A DNA stretch of 64,000 nucleotides from Polyangiales bacterium (GTDB lineage: Bacteria; Myxococcota_A; Polyangia; Polyangiales; Houyiibacteriaceae), in the NCBI GenBank assembly GCA_045106895.1, contig JBGCFM010000082.1, positions 1-64,000 of the forward strand. The letters run 5' to 3'. Below are positions 57,422 to 64,000 of the stretch, one piece after another. The position numbers were made by a program, and so were the translations under genes. Positions within the stretch are counted from its first letter, which is position 1; the number at the start of each line of letters is the position of its first letter. Below the pieces are notes generated by a model. That model had not been told where the DNA came from and did not search any database. It saw only the letters and a program-made list of their open reading frames with translations.

Positions 57422-58803
57422 TCATTCCGTTCAATGCACACATTGACTCGCGCGGCGTACTCGTCGCTTGGAAAGGCGCTCGCGGGGTCGCTCATTCGTA
57501 CCTGGAGCGTGCCGAGAGTTTGGCCGGAGCGAGTCATTACCTAGGCACCGGCGAGGGGCCCGACGTGGCTCCGGCCATCGTTCGTGACGGCGCTGAGGTG
57601 GCCGTTGCGTTTGTTGACAGTCACGGCGTATCCCTCGCGAGGCCGAGTGAGACCACGCTTCTCTTCGACGGGGGCACCAACGTTAGCGCGTGCCTCCTAG
57701 GGGACCGCGTTGTCGTCGCGACATGTGATAGCCAGGGCGTTCGCGCGTCCATCGACGGAGAGATAATCGAGCTCAGCGGGCGACCCGATGCACGCGCACT
57801 CCGCGTCGCAGCTTGTGGTTCGAACCTGCTGGCGCTCTTCCTCGTCGCCGGTGGGCTCGCCGTCGTCCGCTACGACGCGAGCACCAAGGAACGAAAGGAA
57901 GTAACGCATCCGCTACGCGAAGAAGCACGTGAGTTAGACCTTTGCACGACGTCTACTCGAGTCGCCGTCGCCGTGGGATACGAGAGCGACCACGTGGACC
58001 TCGCGGTTCTCAACCTCGACGGCGTCGCGCGTGAGCGCGTACACCCATCACTGCGCGGGGGCGATCGGTTGACCCACCCAAGGGTGTCTTGGGTGAAGAC
58101 GGGGTTCGTCGTGTCCTCGTGGGAGCCTTCGACGAAGCGTGCGCGCATCGCTCGTGAGGGGCGTGAGCAGGAGCCGTTTTACGATGTAGAGTCACCCTTC
58201 GAGCTGGTTGCCTTCGGTGACCTCCTCTACTGCGTCGAGGTGCTCGAGGACAAGGTGGAGGGAGCCGCGTTGCGTTTGCACGTTCGCGGCCCCGAACTCA
58301 ACACGCGCCGCTCCCCAGTGTCCATCGAGCCCGAAGTGCGAAAGGTCCGAGAGCTGCAGCGAAGCGGCCGTGAGTTCATGCGTGTGCTCGCTGCCAAGCA
58401 GGTCGCCCACGGCTACCGCGGAGGGGCAACGGGGACAGTCGACGTCGACGCGATGACCGGCGAGCTCTACGGGCAGTCGGAGGCGGTGACATATTCGGTG
58501 AGCGCCAAGGGGCCCCAGCAGGTTCATGTCGAGGTTCATATCGGCGAGCTAGGCGAGGAAGAGTCCACGAGCATGTGGCGACTCGCGACGTGGGTGAGGC
58601 AACGTTGGTCTCCTGCTGTGAGGGCGAAGGCCAAGGCCGACCTCGAGTGGGCCGCGGAGGTCACGGGGGAACAAGTGCTCTCGCTGGACAGAACCCCGAA
58701 GATGCTCCGCGTGAAGCTTGAAATGGGTGACTACCCGGAACCAGATGTGTTCATGGAATGGTTGCGTGAGTTGGCGCGCGCCCAGACCCCCTCGGGCGAT
58801 TGA
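57418..58803 (+). CDS. Hypothetical protein (beta-rich N-terminus)
   Basis: 461-aa ORF with an ATGA overlap to SRAP; no recognisable motif. Confidence 0.65.
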   Translation: MIIPFNAHIDSRGVLVAWKGARGVAHSYLERAESLAGASHYLGTGEGPDVAPAIVRDGAEVAVAFVDSHGVSLARPSETTLLFDGGTNVSACLLGDRVVVATCDSQGVRASIDGEIIELSGRPDARALRVAACGSNLLALFLVAGGLAVVRYDASTKERKEVTHPLREEARELDLCTTSTRVAVAVGYESDHVDLAVLNLDGVARERVHPSLRGGDRLTHPRVSWVKTGFVVSSWEPSTKRARIAREGREQEPFYDVESPFELVAFGDLLYCVEVLEDKVEGAALRLHVRGPELNTRRSPVSIEPEVRKVRELQRSGREFMRVLAAKQVAHGYRGGATGTVDVDAMTGELYGQSEAVTYSVSAKGPQQVHVEVHIGELGEEESTSMWRLATWVRQRWSPAVRAKAKADLEWAAEVTGEQVLSLDRTPKMLRVKLEMGDYPEPDVFMEWLRELARAQTPSGD

Positions 58804-58834
58804 CGTCGGCGAGGGAGAATGCGATTGCTTGGTC

Positions 58835-59722
58835 ATGGACGGGCAAGCTTTCTCCGGCGCGTACACCGCGCTGATCACTCCTTTTCGAGACGGCAAGGTC
58901 GACGAAGACGCGTTGCGCCAGCTCGTATGTCGTCAGATCGACGGCGGAATCCACGGCCTCGTGCCTTGTGGAACGACGGGCGAGAGCGCCACGCTCAGCA
59001 AGGCCGAGCACAAGCAGATTTTCCGTGCCGTCGTCGAAGAGGCCAAGGGGCGAGTTCCGGTGGTTGCGGGGGTTGGTACAAACGACACCGCCAAGTCCAT
59101 CGTCTTGTCCGAGGTCGCCAAAGAAGAGGGCGCCGACGGACTGCTCATTGTGGTGCCGTATTACTCGAAGCCTTCTCAGGCGGGCGTCGAAGCGCACTTT
59201 CGCGCGATCCTCGAAGCGGTGCCTCTCCCCACCATTCTCTACGACATCCCTGGGCGCTCGGTGATCTCGCTCGAGCTGGAGACGCTGGCTCGTCTCTGTG
59301 ACTTGGACGCCGTCGTCGCTATCAAAGATGCGTCCGGAAACGTCATGCGTGCGCAGCGGCAGCAGGTTCAAATCGGCGACCGTGTCGCGATCCTCTCCGG
59401 CGACGACGGGCTGACTGTTCCAATGATGAGCATTGGCGCCGTCGGTGTGATCAGCGTGACTTCCAACGTGTTCCCCGCAGAGGTCGCGAACGTCGTCAAC
59501 CTTGCAAGGGAAGGGCGCTGGGACGAAGCGCGCGCGGCGCACCTGCGCTTGCTCCCGGCGCATGAGTCCATGTTCATCGAACCCAACCCGGGGCCCGTCA
59601 AGGCGCTGATGGCCGCCGCTGGGTGGATTCAACCGGAAGTTCGGCTGCCCCTCGCGTGGCCCTCCGAACAAGCCGTGGCGCACGTCACGACGATCACATC
59701 TTCGAGTGGGCTCTCGCTGTGA
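58835..59722 (+). CDS. dapA: 4-hydroxy-tetrahydrodipicolinate synthase
   Basis: CGTTGES, PYYSKP, IKDASG and SGDD. Confidence 0.95.
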   Translation: MDGQAFSGAYTALITPFRDGKVDEDALRQLVCRQIDGGIHGLVPCGTTGESATLSKAEHKQIFRAVVEEAKGRVPVVAGVGTNDTAKSIVLSEVAKEEGADGLLIVVPYYSKPSQAGVEAHFRAILEAVPLPTILYDIPGRSVISLELETLARLCDLDAVVAIKDASGNVMRAQRQQVQIGDRVAILSGDDGLTVPMMSIGAVGVISVTSNVFPAEVANVVNLAREGRWDEARAAHLRLLPAHESMFIEPNPGPVKALMAAAGWIQPEVRLPLAWPSEQAVAHVTTITSSSGLSL

Positions 59723-60498
59723 GAGTTGCCCTCATCGGCGGCGGGCGGATGGGGCGCGAACTCACGCGGGCGCTCGCCGAGAGCGACGATGAGCTCTCCC
59801 ACGTTGTCTCCCGAAGCCACGCGGGGACCGATATGGGCGTGCTGTCCGGCGTCGGCGAAATGGGTGTCCTTCTTCAGACGGGCTTCGACGGAATCGAGGA
59901 CGCAGATGTGGTCATCGACTTCAGCCTCCCGGCGGCATCCGTGTCGCTTTTCGAATACGCGAAGGCGCACAAACTCCGGGTGGTAAGCGGCACCACGGGT
60001 CTCGACGACGACGGCGTCCGAGCCTTGGAGGAACTCGCCGTGGCGGCGCCGGTCGTGTGGGCCCCCAACTTCAGCCAAGGAGTGGCACTTCTCGCCCATC
60101 TCGCCGTACTCGCGGCGAAGGCGAGCCCTGACTTCGACATTGAGATCGTAGAAATGCACCATCGGCAGAAGCGGGACTCGCCCAGCGGCACGGCTCGTTT
60201 TCTTGCCGAACGCGTCTCCGCCGCTCGTGAGCCGTCTCCCCCAAAGTGGGTTCATGGCCGGGAAGGCGACGTCGGAGCCCGACCCTCGAACGAGCTCGGG
60301 GTGCTCTCCCTGCGAGGCGGAAGCGTCGTCGGCGACCACACGATCGTCTTTGCGGGGTTAGGTGAGAGGCTAGAACTCACGCACCGAGCCGATCAACGGT
60401 CGGTGTTTGCGCATGGTGCTCTCCGGGCTGCACGTTGGCTTTGTACCCAGACTCCCGGCCGCTATTCCATGGATGATGTGATGGGATTGGGCTCCTGA
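59719..60498 (+). CDS. dapB: 4-hydroxy-tetrahydrodipicolinate reductase
   Basis: GRMG, IDFS, GTTG, APNFS and EMHHRQKRDSPSGTA. Confidence 0.95.
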   Translation: MRVALIGGGRMGRELTRALAESDDELSHVVSRSHAGTDMGVLSGVGEMGVLLQTGFDGIEDADVVIDFSLPAASVSLFEYAKAHKLRVVSGTTGLDDDGVRALEELAVAAPVVWAPNFSQGVALLAHLAVLAAKASPDFDIEIVEMHHRQKRDSPSGTARFLAERVSAAREPSPPKWVHGREGDVGARPSNELGVLSLRGGSVVGDHTIVFAGLGERLELTHRADQRSVFAHGALRAARWLCTQTPGRYSMDDVMGLGS

Positions 60499-60564
60499 GC
60501 AGGGCGGGATGAAGGCCACCTAAGCGGTCCATATTCTTCGTGAAATTTGATAGGCTTCCGCCGG

Positions 60565-62700
60565 ATGGACGACGGGTGCCCACAGTGCGGAGGTGGACTG
60601 ATCACAGGAACACGTTTCTGTGGTCAGTGTGGTTTCGATCGCGAGTCTCCGGTGGCGCGGAAGAAGAAGCAGCGGACCATGCTTGGTTTGCCTGCTTCCC
60701 AGCTTCCAATTCCGCCGGCCAGCGCGGACGAGGGCCCGCCCACGATGACCGACCTGCCTTCGCCGGAGGCCGCATCAGCGCCGGCACCCGCACCCGGACC
60801 CTCGGGATTTTCGCCCGTCGCCGCTCCGCCTTCGTCACCTCCAGCAGCGCCCGCGAAGCAAGTGCAGCGTACGATGATGGGGATGATGACGCCCGCCGCG
60901 CCGCCGGCGGACCTCGGCTTGGCAGATACGAGCGCAGCGATCCCCGCCTCGGTTCCTGCTCCGGCCGCCGCTCCTGCGCCCGCGGCCGCCGCTCCTTCAA
61001 GGAAGAAGGCCAACCGCACCATGATGGGAATGGCGCAGCACCGGGGGCTGCCGGCACAGTCGCCGGCACCTTCGCCGGCACCAGCACAGACCGCGGCGCC
61101 CGCGGCAGCATCGACATCTCCAAAGAAGCGGAAGGCCGCGAATCGTACGATGCTGGGGATGCCGGCTGTGCCGCGACCGGCCGGGAATGCGCCGGAGGAC
61201 GCCGCGCCTCAACCAGCCGCCGCGCCACAAGCCGCGCCTCCAGCCGCGGCACCACCAGCCGCCGCACCACCAGCCGCCGCACCACAAGCGAAGCAAGCGC
61301 CGGCCGCCCAGACAAACCGAACGATGCTTGGAGTCGCGGTGAAGCCTCCTGTCGCGGCAGCTCCCGGCGCGCAGACGAACCGCACCATGCTTGGAATGAA
61401 AGCGACGGGCCCTGCAGCTGCGCAGACCAACCGTACAATGGTCGGACAACAAGCGGTTCCGCCTGCGAGCACGGACTACGGACCAGACGCGCACATGCAG
61501 GAAGCGCTGCCGACCAAACGAGGCGGCGCCGCGAAGTTTATCGCTATTTTTCTTCTCCTCGGTGCGCTCATCGCCGGCGGGGTTTTCGCGGGTCTCTACT
61601 TCATGCGCGGTCCCGAAGTGGTCGCGACCATTGCGACATCGGGAACGGGGGAGGTCCTTCGACTCGAGGTCCCCGGCGCCGAGGCGGGGACGAAGGTGCG
61701 CTTCCAGGGCCAGGAGGCGCCGCTCGAAAATGGCAGCGCTGAGTTCCCCGTTGGCGCCGACGCGCTTCGGATCGGGGACAACGAACTCAACGTGGACGTC
61801 GTCTCGGCCGGAGGCGATGTGTCCGCCGCGACCCTTCTACTGCAGGTTGCGTATCGTGTTCGACCCGACCTCTCAGCCCTTGAGGGCGATGATCCGAAGG
61901 TGCGCATCGTCATCGACGCCACCATAGGCTCCGCGTTTACCCTCGACGAGGAGGCCGTCGCACTCGACGCTTCCGGGCATGGGTTTGCCGAGTTCGAGCT
62001 CGAGTCGGCCACCGGGAACACGTTTGACCGCACCTTCCATTATCGCATCGTCAAGCCTGACGGCGGCGCCGAAGAAGGCGACGTCACAATCTCGATTCCC
62101 ATCGCTGCACTCCAAGTCGCGCGACCGTCGCGGGACGCAGTGACGGACCGTGACACCATCGAAATCGCGGCGGCGGTGCATGAGGACGCAACGGTCACCG
62201 TGAACGGAGCTTCCGTCGAGACGAACGAAGGACGCTTCGTCACAAGCGTGCCACTTCCCAACGTGGGTGAGCACACGATCAGCATCATCGCTCGGCGCGA
62301 GGGACGTGCGCCCCGCGCCCTTGAGCTTCCGGTTCGACGCGTGGAGAGCCTCTCCGTCGAGGCGCGCCAGTTCGGCGCCGACGCGTCTTTGACGTACGCA
62401 CGCGTCGCCGCAGCAGTGGCGACATACCAAGGCCAGCGGGTCTCCTTCATCGGGCGGGTCTTCAACGCCGGCGAGAGCACCGATGGACCGATGATGCAGG
62501 TCGTTGTTCGCGAGTGCCCTCGGGGGCAGCGTTGCCCGCTGTGGATCAACTACGACGGTGCCGTGCCAATCGAACTGAACCAATGGGTCAGGGTTTATGG
62601 AACCCTCGACGGCGAGCAGCAGTACCGCACAGCAGACGGTGAGGTCGGGCAGAGTCCGCGGATGAGGGCCACCATCGTAATCCCGGAGCCAGCCCGTTGA
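60565..62700 (+). CDS. Zinc-ribbon + Pro/Ala-rich repeat + TM + Ig-like/OB-like membrane protein
   Basis: CPQCG...FCGQCG, seven RTM(L/M/V)G repeats, a single TM, beta-rich C-terminus. Confidence 0.75.
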   Translation: MDDGCPQCGGGLITGTRFCGQCGFDRESPVARKKKQRTMLGLPASQLPIPPASADEGPPTMTDLPSPEAASAPAPAPGPSGFSPVAAPPSSPPAAPAKQVQRTMMGMMTPAAPPADLGLADTSAAIPASVPAPAAAPAPAAAAPSRKKANRTMMGMAQHRGLPAQSPAPSPAPAQTAAPAAASTSPKKRKAANRTMLGMPAVPRPAGNAPEDAAPQPAAAPQAAPPAAAPPAAAPPAAAPQAKQAPAAQTNRTMLGVAVKPPVAAAPGAQTNRTMLGMKATGPAAAQTNRTMVGQQAVPPASTDYGPDAHMQEALPTKRGGAAKFIAIFLLLGALIAGGVFAGLYFMRGPEVVATIATSGTGEVLRLEVPGAEAGTKVRFQGQEAPLENGSAEFPVGADALRIGDNELNVDVVSAGGDVSAATLLLQVAYRVRPDLSALEGDDPKVRIVIDATIGSAFTLDEEAVALDASGHGFAEFELESATGNTFDRTFHYRIVKPDGGAEEGDVTISIPIAALQVARPSRDAVTDRDTIEIAAAVHEDATVTVNGASVETNEGRFVTSVPLPNVGEHTISIIARREGRAPRALELPVRRVESLSVEARQFGADASLTYARVAAAVATYQGQRVSFIGRVFNAGESTDGPMMQVVVRECPRGQRCPLWINYDGAVPIELNQWVRVYGTLDGEQQYRTADGEVGQSPRMRATIVIPEPAR

Positions 62701-62723
62701 AGTCTGACGAGACCGCCGACACG

Positions 62724-64000
62724 ATGGACCTCGGTCCATGTCCGGAGTGTGGGCGACGTAACCCTCCGGACGCCCGCTTCTGTGGCGGCTGCGGCTACAT
62801 GACCGGCAGCGGAGTGGGCGAGGCACGTGAGAACGTGGCGGACCCTCTCGTCGGACGCGTGGTCGCGGACCGATACCGAATCATTGAGCTTCTGGGACGC
62901 GGGGGCATGGGCGTCGTCTACAAAGTCGAGCACGTCCACATTGGTAAGTTCATGGCGATGAAGCTCCTTCATGGGGAGCTCGCTCGTGACCGAAACACCA
63001 TCAAACGTTTTCAGCGTGAAGCCGACGCTGCGTCACGCCTGAACCATCCCAACACCGTTCAGGTTTTCGACTTCGGGCGCAGCGAAGGGATGATGTACCT
63101 GGTGATGGAGTACCTCGAGGGAGAGGACTTCGGCGACGTGATTCGCGGCGCGGGGAAGATCGATTTTGAGCGTGTCGCACGAATCGCTGCGCAGGTGTGT
63201 TCGTCGGTCGCTGAAGCGCACAGCCACGGCATCGTGCATCGAGACATCAAGCCTGAGAACATCATGATCGTGCCGCGCGTCGACGGTGAAGGCGAGACAG
63301 CAAAGGTGCTGGACTTCGGTTTGGCCAAGCTCCGCGACCACGGCGGCAACAACTCCGTGACGCGGGCCGGAGCTATCGTCGGCACGCCCTACTACATGCC
63401 GCCGGAGCAAATTCGCGGCGAAGAGGTCGACGCGCGCGGCGATATCTATGCGCTGGGCGCGGTGATCTACAAGGCGTGCACCGGCGTGCCACCTTTTGTT
63501 TCGTCGACGCCGATGGGTGTGCTGACGAAGCACCTCACGGAGGAGCTCGTACTGCCTTCGACACGGAGCGGGTTGCGTTTGCCCATCGCCGTCGACCGCA
63601 TCGTCGGGCGCGCCATGTCGAAGGACCCCGCTGACCGCTTTCAGTCGTGCGAAGAAATGCGTACGGCGCTTCTCGATTTTCTTAGCGGGGAAGGTATCAG
63701 TCTCTCCGATCCAGGGGGCCGTCGACCGAGTCAGCGGCCAACGAACGCGCCGCCCCAGCGGGCCACGCGTGCAGAGGTCGAGCTCTACGAGCGCCGAATT
63801 CGCCGACGTGGAGCTCTGGGCACCTTCGTGGTTGTCGCCATTCTCGCGGGTCTATGTGCGGCCGCAGTGATGGGGTATCAGCGCTACATGGGCGGCGGTG
63901 AGCCCGCACAGACTGCGGAGATGGAGCCAAATAACACGCCCGCCGAGGCGCATGAGCTGCCGGCGGGCCAGGCCGTGAGCGGGTACCTAGGTCGGCGCGA
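62724..64000 (+). CDS. Zinc-ribbon membrane Ser/Thr protein kinase (runs off the window end)
   Basis: Translated by hand: MDLGPCPECG...FCGGCG, LGRGGMGVVYK, HRDIKPEN, DFGLAK and GTPYYMPPEQ, with a TM near 63820-63880. An in-frame TTG at 62697 overlaps the upstream stop. Confidence 0.92.
   Translation, partial: MDLGPCPECGRRNPPDARFCGGCGYMTGSGVGEARENVADPLVGRVVADRYRIIELLGRGGMGVVYKVEHVHIGKFMAMKLLHGELARDRNTIKRFQREADAASRLNHPNTVQVFDFGRSEGMMYLVMEYLEGEDFGDVIRGAGKIDFERVARIAAQVCSSVAEAHSHGIVHRDIKPENIMIVPRVDGEGETAKVLDFGLAKLRDHGGNNSVTRAGAIVGTPYYMPPEQIRGEEVDARGDIYALGAVIYKACTGVPPFVSSTPMGVLTKHLTEELVLPSTRSGLRLPIAVDRIVGRAMSKDPADRFQSCEEMRTALLDFLSGEGISLSDPGGRRPSQRPTNAPPQRATRAEVELYERRIRRRGALGTFVVVAILAGLCAAAVMGYQRYMGGGEPAQTAEMEPNNTPAEAHELPAGQAVSGYLGRR

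Overview
GC-rich chromosomal window, most likely from a myxobacterium (Myxococcota, Polyangiales/Sandaracinus-like). This is inferred from Cys-rich lipoproteins, Hanks kinases with zinc-ribbon/DUF4388-type domains, an AglS-like ExbD and an ACIII-caa3 operon. Most of it is housekeeping: thiolase-hbd-crt, xth, ridA, hisZ-purA, a complete actA-F(G)-sco-coxBACD respiratory operon, pgsA, a peptide ABC transporter, mutM, tyrA, SRAP, dapAB and two Ser/Thr kinases. The standout is the AT-richer first 1.1 kb. There, a minus-strand array of atypical tRNAs (Tyr, Gln, Asn and a fourth cut by the window edge) follows a complete regulatory leader. The leader comprises a TTGACA promoter with a palindromic operator in its spacer, a 5' hairpin, a 75-codon ORF using all 20 amino acids, and mutually exclusive antiterminator/terminator helices that begin at the leader stop codon. 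This reads as a ribosome-sensing attenuator that switches on spare tRNAs under translational stress. All calls are by eye from motifs; no searches or folding programs were run.
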